A stretch of 64,000 nucleotides of DNA from Amphiscolops sp. MND2022 (Eukaryota): assembly GCA_964187785.1 (NCBI GenBank), contig OZ076409.1, forward strand, positions 86,554,001-86,618,000, read 5' to 3'. The first letter of the stretch is position 1. The number at the start of each line of letters is the position of its first letter. Shown here piece by piece: positions 1-13,188 of the stretch. The notes under the pieces are model-generated. The model was not told the DNA's origin and made no database searches. It was given only the letters and a program-made list of their open reading frames with translations. The position numbers and the translations under genes were made by a program.

Positions 1-3000
1 CAGCTGCTAACTGGACTTGACGTTTGGAAAGACAATAAATGACTTGATGATTTCACCCAAACCCCAATGGAATGCAGATGTCAAATTACATTTGCGATGC
101 TAAATCTGCCTTGAAAAGAGACTTGCTAGTCGTCGAATAACCGCTTTGGAATCTCACTGCCGCCGCCGTTGTTGCCGTTGTCTAATGTTGCCTGGTTACA
201 TTGAGTAAATTGACTGAGTGCAAATGGACGACGGGTTAATATTGATTTGGAGTCGGAAGTTATGAAGTGGTTAAATGATTGTATTGTTTATTAATATGAG
301 AGGGTGTTATCAAGACGCTGCTGAAAATGGGATAATTTGTGCGGGCACGAGAACAAATGTGTTTGATGGGGTAAAGAGGCGACGACTAGCGGAGCAGAAG
401 GACTCTAAGTGAATAAGTTATTCGTCTAAATAGTATAATACAATAAAAGCAATCCATAACTAGATAACGTAAACTGATTTGCAATAACTGTGGAGTAGCA
501 GCCGATGCACTAATTGCATTAAGCCCCTTTTTTGATTGATGTGACAAAATGTTGATAAATTTGTCTTTTGTGCTCATATTTAGCGCTCATTATGTTCCCA
601 TAGTTTTTGCTGACATCAAATGTCTGGGGAGCATAAATTAAGCGAACCAAAGTGCTCATTGCTGATGCCTCGCATACCCATACCCCGTCCCAATACACTA
701 AACACACATACATACTGCACAAGCAGAATTGTTCTTCCCGCCGCTACTTTTCTTCAACCCGCCGCCCGCCTCGATTGGCAAAAAGAAGAGGCATTGCTGA
801 CAGAACTGAGAGAGCACAAAAGGCAAGAAAGCATCCAAGAAGAGAGCAGCGAAGAAAAGCAAAAAATTGAAAAAATTTCAGCAATAGTCCGTGCAACAGG
901 ATCAGTCTTTACTTTCCTAAAAACCTGGGTTAATTGCTGAAATTTAGTGTAATCACTCTTGATGATTTTGGCTTAGTTTTTTGTTCAAAAAAAGAAGGGG
1001 AAAAGCGGCTGTTGAATGAATATTTGCAAGTTCATTTGATGTTGGGGAAATCATGTTCAAGGGTAGATTTAATTGATGTAGGAAATGGCGGAAGTTAAAT
1101 GACGCTTGCCTTTCATGCAGTGAGGGGTTGTTTAGAGATGCGTGGATTTAGTTGAGAGAAGATTCGCGGTGCTAATGTGTGTTGGTCTTTAGCGGTGTTT
1201 TGGTTTGGATTAGACTAGGGGAAATCTTGCTGAACTCTCTAGAGTAATGAAGGCTGTCAGTTATAACTCTCGTCTCGTCTTGGCTCTTCTGGTCCTGCTC
1301 CCTAGACTCTTCTGCTCTCCTTAATCAGTCAATCAACAATCAAACTCCCATTATTATCAATCCATTAACCCATCTGTCCAAATATTTAGTCGCTCCACTC
1401 TTGTTTCTTTGGCTGCCGCTGCTGCAGCACCTAAATCATTACTAACTCCTGGCTTCCTCCTCGAATGGTATTCACTCTTTTTTTTCAAAAAATTCATCAA
1501 TCGCTCAGGAAAATGTGGATAAATTTGTGAGTGGATAATTTTTATTCTCGAAATAGAGTCGAATCGTTAATTAAAAATTCAAAAGAAATGCTTTGTACAA
1601 CAAATCCTCAGAAAAAATGATGTTGAGTTTTATTTCGGTCTCTTTATTTCGATTTGTCTGAGAGCTATGGGAAGAGAGAGTTAGTGAAGTATATTGCCAC
1701 AACCCTATCTGGACGCATATGATTGGATACGAAGAAGGAAGCGCGACCAAAGTTGTAAATTTTCTAAAGATCCACATGAACATCTGTGAGTCATCAGATC
1801 TTAGATTCGAATCCCCCCTTTGGCCTCAACCCTATGTGTGTAATTTGACGTATAATTCGGATGTAACGCAAATGATTAGATTACAACCGTATTTGATACG
1901 AAAGTAGAAATAACAAAAGAAGTCGTCACCCTTTCGATTTTTTTCGACTTGAAGTTTTTTGTGGAACTCGCTTAGAACTTGGGCTGTATTTAGTATTTCT
2001 GCGTAACTGAAATGTTAAAGAACCGGTAACTGCTGTTTTTTTCGGACTTTTGTTCAGTTTCGTCACCATTACAAGTCTTCGTATTATTTTCGGCAGCGCT
2101 TTTATTGAGATTATTCAAATGAGAATGCGCAACGTCACATGCGCTTAGCCGTTGTAATTTCCTTTGCTCATGTAACAATGCTCATATTTCTAGATTTGTC
2201 CAATATATGGGCGCAAAAATATGTTCAAATATGTTTTCAGAATTGAGAAGGAGAAAACCTGATTGCATGTTTGTGTTAAAGTTTGCAATTAAAAGCGGTG
2301 TAAACTGGTAGGGTAATAATTACGAAGAATCAAAGGCGGCGGCGTCGAGTTGTAAAGTGGAAATTGTGCGCTATAAAATGGATTAGTAGGAACGTACAAT
2401 TTTTCCTATTTCTTTTTTATTGGACTTTGAAGTTGGTGATTGTAGCCTCACGAAAAAATATTTCTGAGCCCCGCAAGTGCCTATTCTCACGAAATCAATA
2501 TTGCTATTTTTTATTCAAAAGCAGAGTTGTAGTCTCTTTATTCAAGTAACAAAGCCTTTACTCCAAGCTTTAGATGCTTTGAGCCAAGAATCATTGGAAT
2601 TGCGCATCTTTTGCAGTATTCAAAAAGTTCTATAGTTTTGAGTAATCTGCATGGAATTGAATAGTATATTTTTACGAAGTTTTCATTAAGTTTGCCTCTA
2701 GTTTTGTGAAAAGACTGAGTGGGGTAAGAAAAAAGACTGAGCGGGGTAAGAGAAAAGAGTCATCAAAATTTTAAGTTTCCAAATGCATTTACGTTAGTTG
2801 AGCGCTGTTAGCGTTAATACATTACCGCAGTGTGTTGAATGGTTCCCTGGTTTCAGGTACACCGTGGATATTCTACGTGGATTCTACGTGGATTCTACTG
2901 CATTTTGCATGCTAGGCCTGAATTAATCGGAACGTTCAGCCTGTTCTTAACAATTGTTCTTGCTCGCGGACGATGAATGAATGAAGTCACGATAAGACCC

Positions 3001-3844
3001 TGGAACTTTGTGACCTTTAGTGTAGTCTAGACGATCTTCTTGCTCTCTTCAGAATCTTCACTTTCCAACTATTTCTACCCGCACCATCAAACGATCAATG
3101 TCTTCCCCGTGTTTGCAATATAGTGAAGAGGGAGCCAGTTTGACTTTTTTTAGCCGGATACGACTGCAGTAAAGATTTTTTGCAATGCAATGAATTTTCA
3201 ATTAAATTATGAATTCTTGATAAAATATTTATTTACTAGATGATTAATTAAAATGGGGCTACTTGGAGCTTTCAATTAACAAGTTTGAATTCTTTCCACT
3301 GTTCAGTTAAATGTTGAATCATTTGATTTTTCATAAACAGATCTAATGAATTAGAAACATTACAAAGATTTTGTCAACTTCGAGAAAATGACTGTTTCAA
3401 AGTTTATCAACAGAAATGGGCTTTCGTTGTCTGAGTTTCGCTTACTGTGCTGGTGATGACGGAGATGCTAGAGACACTGTTTTAGCCTATTGTGGTCTAG
3501 AAACAGCTGATAGTCTTCCAATTGGTCAATCGCTAGTTGAGTGATCGTCCTACTGAACTGGGTCCAATACTGAATCAATCCATCGTTAAATATTAACACA
3601 ATATACAATGTAATGTAGTAGCTTTGAGTTTCCAAACCAACAATGCATATAGGATTCTAAATTTAATGGACAGGAAAGTTGTTGAAAAGTTGTTGTCTTT
3701 CATGAAATCCGAAAAAACGAAGCAAAATTTTCATGGAACAAATTTGACAGATGTTTGAAGTAGTTTTTCCAAGCATATATACGATAGTCAATTCGAATTT
3801 ATATTCGAAATGTTTTTCGTTCGATAATGTGACTAAAGTATACA

Positions 3845-6707
3845 AACAAGACGCCCGCTGAGCAGCGAGATATTTTCCGCCCCAAACTTCTACAACTATA
3901 TAAATTTGAGGCTCAAGAATAGCCAATGCAGTATGAAAAAATTTCGGAGAAAAAAGCTTTGATTCATCTTAGTCCATTTTTAAAACCAACACCTATTTTT
4001 TTATTATTGCAATAGCTGTCCACTTTTTGTATTTTTGGCACTATGCGACTTACCGCGTGAAGAGAAACTTTTTGAAGACAATTTTCGGAAAACATTTTTC
4101 ACAAATTTTAGTTTTGAGGTTTTCTGTAGAGGAAATAAAATTCCCGAGTCTTTGGGGTGACCTCTTTGTTACTTTTGATACTTTGGAACTGATGAGTTTT
4201 CTTGATGATTGTGGAAAATGCCTCTCTTCAATTTTGTTTTTGGGTCATTCACAGGTTTTCTTTCTACGTGGGAAACTGCAAAAACATTTTCCCTTCGAAG
4301 TTTTACTACATTTCTAGTGATTTTACTTGCAGCTTTTTGAATGATTATTTCACAAAAATGGGCGAAAAAGAATTTTACGTTTTCAAATAAATTTTAAAAA
4401 TTGTGCCTGAAAAGTTGTCTGATATCTTTCCGAAACACTACCGGCAGCTACACGTTTCAATACTGAGCCTATGGGTTTTCTTATTGAAGTCAATTTTCGG
4501 AAAGATTCCAAAATTGATACCTGGTTGTCGAAAGTTGAAAAAATTCAAAAAATCTGACACCTTTGATGTAAACTCGAAGAAATTCATCGTACTTTCTTTC
4601 CCAAATTGCGTTTTGAATACCTTATTGTTTCAACGTTCAGGTAATTGGAATTTCTTCCAGAAAACTTGCGTGGTTTGAACACAAATTTGGGTTGATTTGT
4701 CAAAAAACGTGCTTTTTGTCGTTTGTTTGATTTTGGGATGTTTTTGAGGCCAATTCCAAAAACATTGCAGTTATATCTTCAAAATGCCTACTGGATACCG
4801 GGATTAGTCGTTACTGAGTTTTTAAAACCTCTTTATGCAAGGAATTAGCTTAAAAGTTGTACAAAAAAGAGCATAAAATGTTTTTAAAATTGAAAAAACT
4901 CAGTTTTTGCATTATTTGGGTCATTCTGAGGAAAATTTCTGCCATGAAATATGCAAATTTCTCTTCACAAAACGTGCTGCGGACCTAATTTCATCACCTT
5001 AAGCTTTTGGAAGCTTTTATCTTTATAATTTTCCAATATCAAATTTTTCTAGTCTCAAATAAAATTCACTGGAAATGCCAAAAATAGGAAAAATTTCGAC
5101 TTTTTTGCGGTCAATTTTGACCAGTTTCCAACCGACGTCTGCAAATTTTTCCACAAGAGCCTACTGGATTATGAGTTCAATCATTGTTGAACGTTTGCCA
5201 ACATTCTGACTCAAAAACGATTCAAAATATACATATAAGTTGCATGAAAACGAGAATTTGTTGAACTTTTTCGATTTTTTGATTCTTTTGAAGTCATTCT
5301 GGAGTGTTTTTGGAGCAAAACGCTGCAACGTACTCTCCAAAGGATGTACTGCATAGCTTTTGTTTTTTTTTCGTTTTGACTGTTAGAATTTATAACGAAA
5401 TCTCTCGGAAATGGTACAGAAATTGCATCAAAACAAAAACTTTAAATTTATCGACATATTCTGAGTCAATTTGGGGCAATTTCGATTACAAATTGTATTC
5501 ATCTCTCAACGAAAGCTCATTGAAACGAGGAGTCTTTCCATTGCTTAGGGCTTTTAACATTCTAGTCCACGAAGTCTATGGATAATTTGACAAAAACTGC
5601 ATGAAAACATTGAAAATTTTGTGTTTTTTCTCATTTTGGATGTCAATTTGAGATAATTTTCATTTAGAAAACTGCAATTATCTCTTCATAAAAGACTAGT
5701 AATTTTATTCATGTTGACCCTTTTTAACATTCCAATCCACGAAGTCTGTCATAATTTTGACAAAAATTGCATAAAAACTTTGAATGCTTGAAACTTTATG
5801 TTTTGTCTGTTTCAGTGCCAATTTGAGAAAATTTTCAAAATGAAAACCGCAAATATCACTTCATAAAACACTACTGCACAACAAATGTTTACTTAAATGA
5901 CCGTTTTCAACATTTCAATCCGCGAAGTCTCGAAATTTCGACAACAGTTGCATAAAATTTTTTAAAATGGGAAAACTTTAGGTTTTTTGTCAGATTCGTT
6001 TCCAATTTGAGATTTTTTCAACTTGAAAACCGCAATTACCTCTTGGAAAAGCCTACTGGACAACAAACTTGTCCCTTATTGACCTTTTTTAACTTTTCAA
6101 TCCACGAAGTCTGTCATAAATTTGAGAAAAACTGCATAAAAACATTGAAAATTTGTTATTTTTCAACTTAAAAACCGCAATTCTATCTTCAACCGCAAAG
6201 CCTACTGGACAACGAATTCCTGCCATGTTGAGCGTTTTCAACATTCTAATTGACGAAATCTATCGAAAATTTGACAAAAATTGCATAAAGACGTTAAAAA
6301 TCGAAAAGTTTTGGAATTTTTGTCAGCTTTGGGGTAATTTTTTTTTAAAACCGCTTTTATATCTTCATAGAATACTATTGGACAACGAATTCGTGCCTTG
6401 TTGAACGTTTTTAACTTTCTAATCCACGATGTTTATCGAAAAAAGACCAAAATTGCATAAAAACGTTGAAAATTAGGGAATGTTTGAATTTTTGTCATTA
6501 TGGGGTCATTTTCGTCATTCCCAAAAAGTCCAAAGATCTCTACAAATACATAATACATATCGCACGAAGCTAAATTTACGTGAGTTGAATTCTATGGGTA
6601 ACGGCCTTTAAGGTGAATATGAATTTCGTGCTTGGCAAATTTTGTAAAAAACCCGTTTGATTCAAATATTTTCTTTTCCGATATGAAATATGGGCGGAAA
6701 TTAATAA
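3845..6707 (-). mobile_element. Non-autonomous Helentron/DINE-1-like element, family A, copy 1 (about 2.9 kb)
   Basis: Left end AACAAGACGCC-CGCTGagCAGCG (short hairpin) followed by TTTTCCGCCC; right end ATATGGGCGGAAATTAATAA is the inverted partner. Colinear with 7425-10158 and with the inverted copy at 19170-34948. Internal ~140-bp subrepeats; no coding signal. Confidence 0.7.
5480..6500. repeat. Degenerate ~140-bp tandem subrepeats inside family A element (similar arrays at about 9250-9950 and 32140-32900)
   Basis: Recurring motif TTCAACATTCTAATCCACGAAGTCT...TTTGACAAAAATTGCATAAAAAC and CTACTGGACAAC. Confidence 0.7.
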
Positions 6708-7424
6708 AATACGAGCACATTTCCTTGATAGTGTATTGTCAGTAAGCAGTAGAACATACGGGTGTCTAAATCACAGAAACTATGTAAGCGTTGAGGATCT
6801 TCAATAGGTTCTCCAAGATTTCCCGAGTATAGCTATTTGAAAGAGTGTGCGAGCATCTTCAGGTGGGTCTTTTTGTACAGGTCAAACCGAGTTCGATATA
6901 GCTTTCATCGATGCTTTTACAACAAGAGCTATCCACCTTTTAAGTAATGTTTTTTTGAAGACCGAGAACGGGAGAACAAAACTTGTAGCAACACAAGTCA
7001 GACAGATTTTCAATTCAATCTTCTATGTCATTCCAAATCCATGACAGAAACATGGAAAGACCTCGAATGCAACTTGTGTTTTTGGACTCTTAGTCAACAA
7101 TCGAATCAGGTTTTCACGTTCAACAGAAACATTATCGACTTTTTAATCAGTGTTTTGGTTTTCCCCTATTTGATCATTTGGCAAAATTGACCAAGGTTAG
7201 GCACTCGCAACTACACGGCGCACTAGTCAGATTTCGTTGAAAAACTATCATCAGTCTTGTATCTGAAAGCAATTGTCCTCCAGCAACGAAATATCATTTT
7301 CTGAGGTGGGTAGATCGCTAGTATTTGAATCAAGTGGAAGAACTGGTTCCGTAACGATCGCTATGTTATTTTCTTCAAAAAATTAGTATGCTTCATATTG
7401 GGTTAGTTTGAGTTACATATTTAG

Positions 7425-10158
7425 AACAAGACGCCCACTGAGCAGCGAGATACTTTCCGCCCAAATTGTTCTACAACTACATAAATTTGAGGCTCAAGAA
7501 TAGCCAATGCACTAAAAACGCAAAGAAATTCGAAGAAAAGATTAGCCCATTTTTAAGGGAAACGCCTAAATTATTTTGATGATAGCAGGCCACTTTTCGT
7601 TTTTTTTTCGGCACTATGCAACTTACCGAGTGAAGAGAAACTTTAGGCAATTTTTAGTTCTTGAGGCTTTTGTAAAGAAAATAAATTTCCCGAGTCTTGA
7701 GGGTGACCTCTCTGTTACTTTTGATCATGTGGAACAGGTGTTTTCTGATAGGTTGGAGTAAATACATCATATCAGTTTTTCGGCTCTGTGCGTCTTTCTG
7801 AAACTTCCATTTGGTCGAAGTGTACGACCTTGATTTCATAGTTGATTTCAACTTGAGAAAAGTTGTTTTCCGAGCTGAATTTTTTTTCGCCATCATAAGA
7901 CTTTACCGAAAAAAAAATATTGGATAATTTGTGATTCCGAGTCTCAGACGTATTTCTTGGGGTAATTTTTGGCACTGAGAAAAAGGTAAAAGATTGAAAC
8001 TAGGTCCTTTGCAAGCTTAGGAAACCTGAGCGGTGCCGTTTTGATATATCTTTATACATAGCTTAACCAGAAGTGTCAAAATTGGAATTATTTTTGACAA
8101 CTTTGGGGTCAATTTGAGGAACTTTTCCAGCGTCAATCTACAGATGTCCCTTCAAAAGTAAGTTGAGTTGTTGTTGAGAGTTTAATCGTTGTTGAATGTT
8201 TACACCATTCTAACCCATGAAGTAGCTCGAAAGGTTTTCATTTGGAAGGTGTACTGCATATGCAAATAAGGTCGAAATTTATGTTTTAAAGAAAAGTTTT
8301 CAAAATATGTGCAAATAAACTTGTCTGATTTCTTTTCGAAACACTACCGGTAGCTACACGTTTCAATCCTGAGCCTATAGCATTTCCTATTAAAGTAGTT
8401 TCTCGGAAAAGGTCCAAAATTGAGACTATGTTTCAAGAATTAGGAAACTTTGGAAATTTTGACAACTTTGTTGTAAACTCGTTGAACTTCATCCCACTTT
8501 TTTCCCAAATTGCAATTTGAATAATGTTTCAATGCTCAGGTCAATGGAAATCCTACTCTTCAAAAACTTTCGTGGTTTGAACAGAATCAAGAATAATATG
8601 TCAAAAAACGTGCTTTTTCGTTTAATGAATTTTTGGGTGTTATTTGGACCAATTCCAACAAAAAAATGCAATTATCTCCAAATTGATGACTGGATACCAG
8701 GATTAGTCATTGTTCAGTTTTTTAAACCCTTTTATGCGACTAAGTAGTGCAAAAATTGTACAAAAACGGCCTCAAGATGAAAAAAATCTTGAAATTTCTG
8801 TTTTTGCATTATTTGGGTCACTCTGAGGAAGATTTCCATAAAGTATGCAACTTTCTCAATTTTGAGCCATTCTCCAACCGAAGTCCTCAAATATTTCTTT
8901 AAAAGCCTACTGAAGTATGAGTTCAATTTTGTTGAATTTTGGCCAATATTGTGACTCCAGAACGCTTCAAAAAGTACACATAGGTTGCTTAAAAACGAAG
9001 TTGTTGAAACTTTTGGACTCATTTGGAGTCATTCTCAAGTGTCTTTGAAGCAAAATGCTGCAACATTCTCTTCAAAAAACGTGCTGTATAGCTCACTCTT
9101 TCGTTGTTGATTCTGTTGGATCTTGTAATGAAATCTCTCGGAAATGGTAAAGACCTTCCATCAAAAACGAGAAAAAACATCAAATTTTTCGACAATTTCA
9201 GGGTCATTTTGAGGCTTTTTTTCTTTCACAATTTGAACCTATCTCTTGGCAAAAGCTCTTTGAACCAACTAGTGTTTCCTTTTTTAAAGATGTTTTAACC
9301 TTCTAGTCCACCAAGTCTGTCGGATAGCTTGACAAACATAAAACAAAATTTTTGAAAACCGGAAAAAATTCGAACTTTTGTCTTTTTCGATGTCATATCC
9401 ATACATTTTTCTTTTCAAAAACTGCATTTATTTCCTAACTGAGAATACTGGACAACACATGCTTTCCTTGTTGACCCTTTTCAACATTCTAATCCAAGAA
9501 ATTTGTTGAAAATTTGGGAAAAAAGGCATAAAAACTTTGAAAGTTGGAAAATTTTGGGGATATTTGTCATTTTCGATGCCAATTTTGGACATTATTCAAT
9601 GGGAAAACTGCGTTTATCTCTTCGTAAAAGACTACTGGACAGCCAACCTTTTCCTTGTTGGCCCTTTTAAACGTTCCATTCCACGAACTATTTCGAAATT
9701 TGACTAAAAATTGGATAAAAACTTTGAAAAGGGAAAATTTTGGGTTTTTTGTTTTTCGATGTCAATATCATTTTTTTATATGTCGAGATCTTTTTCATTT
9801 GAAAAACAGCAATTATCTTTTATGAGACTATTGGACAACGAGTTCATGCCTTATTGAACGTTTTCAACATTCTAATCCACGATATCTATCGAAAAACTGA
9901 CAAAAACGGCATTAAAATGTGAAAAAAATTTGCAACTTTTCTCATTTTTCGGGTCATTCTTGGGGTCTTGGGGTCAACCAAAAAAGTCCATAAATCTCCA
10001 CAAATACATATCGCACGAAGCTAAATTTATGTGAGTTGAAATTTTTTGGGTACCACCTTTAGAGTTAAATGTAACTTTGGTGCTAGGCAAATTTTGTAAA
10101 AAAACCGGTTTGATTTAAAAATTTTGCTTTTCCATATGGAATATTGGCGGAAAATAAA
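7425..10158 (-). mobile_element. Helentron/DINE-1-like element, family A, copy 2
   Basis: Starts AACAAGACGCCCACTGAGCAGCGAGATACTTTCCGCCC and ends ATATTGGCGGAAAATAAA. Diverged direct repeat of 3845-6707 along its length. Confidence 0.7.
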
Positions 10159-10917
10159 TACATTTACATGGTGGTTTTACCAAAATTGTTAATGAAAAGT
10201 TCAAGTCTGAATACTTCACGATTTTTTAGTGATTTATATGATGAATCAAAGTTTAACATTATTTAGGTTATCTCTACCAGTTTTTTGTAGAATTGGGAGA
10301 AACGGAGAACATAAAATGACACTGTCTTGCCATGTGATAGAAAGAGGCAATCTTAGCCTAACAGTTCAATGGAGAGCAAAAATATCATTTGCTCAAAGAA
10401 AAGCTCATTGTGAGGTACTTTCTACGCTAAGGTGCGGAGTTTAACCGGCAAATATAGTAAATTCATACTTTCCAGTTTTTTTTCCGAATAATTCATGAAC
10501 TATTCGAATTTTTAAATATATATCAAAAATTCAACCCTCATTTTACCTAAGTGAGCGTCGGAAGCGATTAATTGCTGGTTGAAGAAGGATGTACGGATGC
10601 AGTGCTTACCCAAGTTATAACCGGTTCACACTTGTGTCTTTCGTTTTTTTTTCAATGAAGAATTTCGGGAGAAAATGTAGATTTTGGAAGTTTTTGTTCA
10701 CGAAAGGAAAGCAAACCGTTTGAAACGTTTCTACCTTTTCTGAAAGGGCGCAACAAGCGGGTCAAGAAATAGAGGAAGCGTTAAACAAACCCTTTTTAAT
10801 CTCAATTTTTTTCAAACCGCTCATGATAATCTTCCTTTTGAGCTTTAAATTGTTTGCTTTTGCGTGATTCGCCGCGAATATGATTCGCTCGGTCGCATAG
10901 TAAACACTTCGAATTTA

Positions 10918-11129
10918 AACAAGATGCCCGCTAATTTCTTGGAAATTTTCCGCAAAAAGTGTGACGCAACAGCACGGGTTCGAACCCACGACCTCGTGTC
11001 TGCCATTCAGACGCACTACCAACTGCGCCATGGTGACTAGAATTTACTAAATGGAGTAATAAAGTGGAGATTTGTCAGAATTTGTAAAAAAAACGCAAAA
11101 CAAAATTATATATGGGCGGAAAATAACAA
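10918..11129 (-). mobile_element. Short element with family A Helentron-like termini enclosing a tRNA-like sequence
   Basis: ACAAGATGCCCGCT...TTTTCCGC at the left end and TATGGGCGGAAAATAACAA at the right end. Internal minus-strand A box TGGCGCAGTTGG and B box GGTTCGAACCC. Confidence 0.65.
10970..11037 (-). pseudogene. tRNA-derived sequence (SINE-head-like or pseudo-tRNA)
   Basis: Minus strand reads CACCATGGCGCAGTTGGTAGTGCGTCTGAATGGCAGACACGAGGTCGTGGGTTCGAACCCGTGC. D-arm, anticodon-like stem GTCTG/CAGAC and T-arm are present; the anticodon loop and acceptor stem are non-canonical. Confidence 0.65.
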
Positions 11130-11294
11130 TTAATAAGATTGCGTATGAGACAAAAGTAACAGAAACGAAAACTGGTAACTGAAAAATCACAGAAGTGTCT
11201 CATGGCTTGTTCGCTAACTATCATCCTTATTTCATGTATATTTGCAAATATCACTTCGTTCTTCAGAAAAAACCCCGATGAAAATATCCGACCG

Positions 11295-11490
11295 AAAGAA
11301 AGTATTTGGAAGTATTCATTGATGAACAGCCAAATTACAAAAATTATGTGCTTACTGTAAATAAGAAACTAAACAAATTCAGCAACCTCGCGTATAGGAG
11401 ATAAAACAAGTGCCCGTTTGAATGCCTTCTGGTTCAAAGTTTACAAATCTTATAAAAGGACTAATAACCTACTGTTTATTGAATGGGAGT
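11295..11490 (+). pseudogene. LINE ORF2 fragment (region after RT)
   Basis: Translates KYLEVFIDEQPNYKNYVLTVNKKLNKFSNLAYR, matching the KYLG.xID..L.F..HI..V.KK motif of CR1/L2/Jockey-group LINEs. Confidence 0.55.
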
Positions 11491-12491
11491 TATATAATCT
11501 TCCCATCGGGCATTCGGCTTTCCAAAGGCTTGTGCTCTATGCAAAACTATGGTTTTGGTAGTTTTTTTTGTAAAACCGGCTGGAAGAAATTACCGCAAAT
11601 TTTGCTCTTTGAAGGTTTTTCTTGAAGATGTAAACTGTTATGAAATTTTATTCCGCCTCTCAAAAAGTATTTTACTTGGTGCACTGGAAAGTCATGCATA
11701 TGGAACTCCCGATTGAAAGAAAGTGATCAAAAGCCGCTAAAAATAGTCAATCTATATTCTATATACAACTTTCTCGACGATTAGCTACCAGCTTGTCCGA
11801 GAAACAACGAACATGGTGTACATAGATATTTCTACGTAATCAAAATAGGCAGGGGAACAGTATTATTTCTGCTTTTAGGCTTTCCTCTTCAATAATAGAA
11901 GCATATCTTAATCATTTATATGGCGCACAATTAATCACTACCAGTTTACATCGCCTTTAATTCTTCTCGGAGCAAAGAAAATATAACTACTAAGCGTAGA
12001 CGAAGTTTCGCATTCGCATTTGAATGCAGGCGAAGCTCTCGGCGAACAAATAATAACACTCGTTAGCTTCATCTCAATAACTCTGCGTACGAATCGTAAT
12101 TACCACTCGCTCGAGAAACGAATTGTTGTCGGCAGCTTGAGAAATTCAAATCTCACGCTTATACTCACTGTCGAACAAAATATCTGAATTTTAAAGTATC
12201 ACGACAAAAAGTTTTCTAAAAAAAAGTTGAAATCTTGAGATTTCAATAATATTCCTGCTATCCCAGAAATAATAAAGAGTTTGCTCACAATGTTCTAAGG
12301 CTGAGGATACAATAATCTTGGATTCACGAACCCGAATTCAATTATTGGATTCACGACGAACAACGGAACCCGTTAGTCAACCAAGATGATGAATGTTTTA
12401 TATGAAGATTTTGAATGAAAAGTTTGACTGAAGAAATTGCACAAAATGACTATGATTTGATTATGAAACTTTCAGAAATATCACCTGAAAT

Positions 12492-13188
12492 TTTTAGTCG
12501 GCGCTTCATGAAGTGAAACGCGACTATTATAGTGACTCTTTTTTTTTTTTTTTTTTTCAATCCACACGAACTGACCAAAATAGTTCTTAAAAGTTCTACA
12601 AAATATTATGGTGTCAAATAGCACCATTTGGCCTAGCGAACTGGACCAAAATGAATTTACCTGTTTTTCCGCGTAACATATCATACCGGGCGAGACCAAA
12701 GAGTCCCCCCTTTCATTTTTTTTCGGCACTGCGAGACATTTTTTTCGGATTTTTTTTTCGAAATTTTTTTTCCGCAAAGGGTCCCCCCTGCATTTTTTTT
12801 GATGTTTTGCGACAGAATGGATGTTGGAAAATCCCAAAGGGTTCCTCCTTTCAGTTTTTTTCGGCATTGTGAGATTTTCTCCCGAAAATAAAAAAATTTT
12901 TTTCTTCAATTTTTTCATGTTTTGCGACAGAATGGATGTTGAAAAACCTCAAAGGGTCCCCCTTTTCAGTTTTTCGGCATTGTGAGACGTTAGCGCGCCA
13001 GGGGCTCGCGGTAGCGAGCCCCGGCGCGCCACTCGGTCCATTTTTTTAGTATGTAATTTTTTCAAAAAAAAAATTTTCGAAAAATTTTCGAGTTTCGACT
13101 ACTGTAAACGAATACTTGACACTTGGAAGTCTTTTTGCTATTTTTGAGCCTTGGATATGGCGCCGACTTGGGCCGGTCCCGGCTTGTT
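12492..13188 (+). mobile_element. Non-autonomous Helentron/DINE-1-like element, family B, copy 1
   Basis: 5' TTTTAGTCGGCGC; 3' GCGCCGACT (perfect inverted subterminal repeat), then hairpin GCCGG-TC-CCGGC and TTGTT; T-rich flanks. Internal AAAGGGTCCCCC repeats. Confidence 0.75.

Noticed and set aside
620..940. 106-aa ORF with charged C-terminus
   Set aside because: No recognisable domain; the composition is explained by an A/G-rich tract and there is no supported splice structure.
6780..7370. Possible minus-strand transposase remnant between the two family A copies
   Set aside because: Only vague motifs (DESYIELG); no family can be assigned by eye.
10970..11037. Functional tRNA gene
   Set aside because: Acceptor stem and anticodon loop are non-canonical, and the sequence is embedded in a dispersed repeat.
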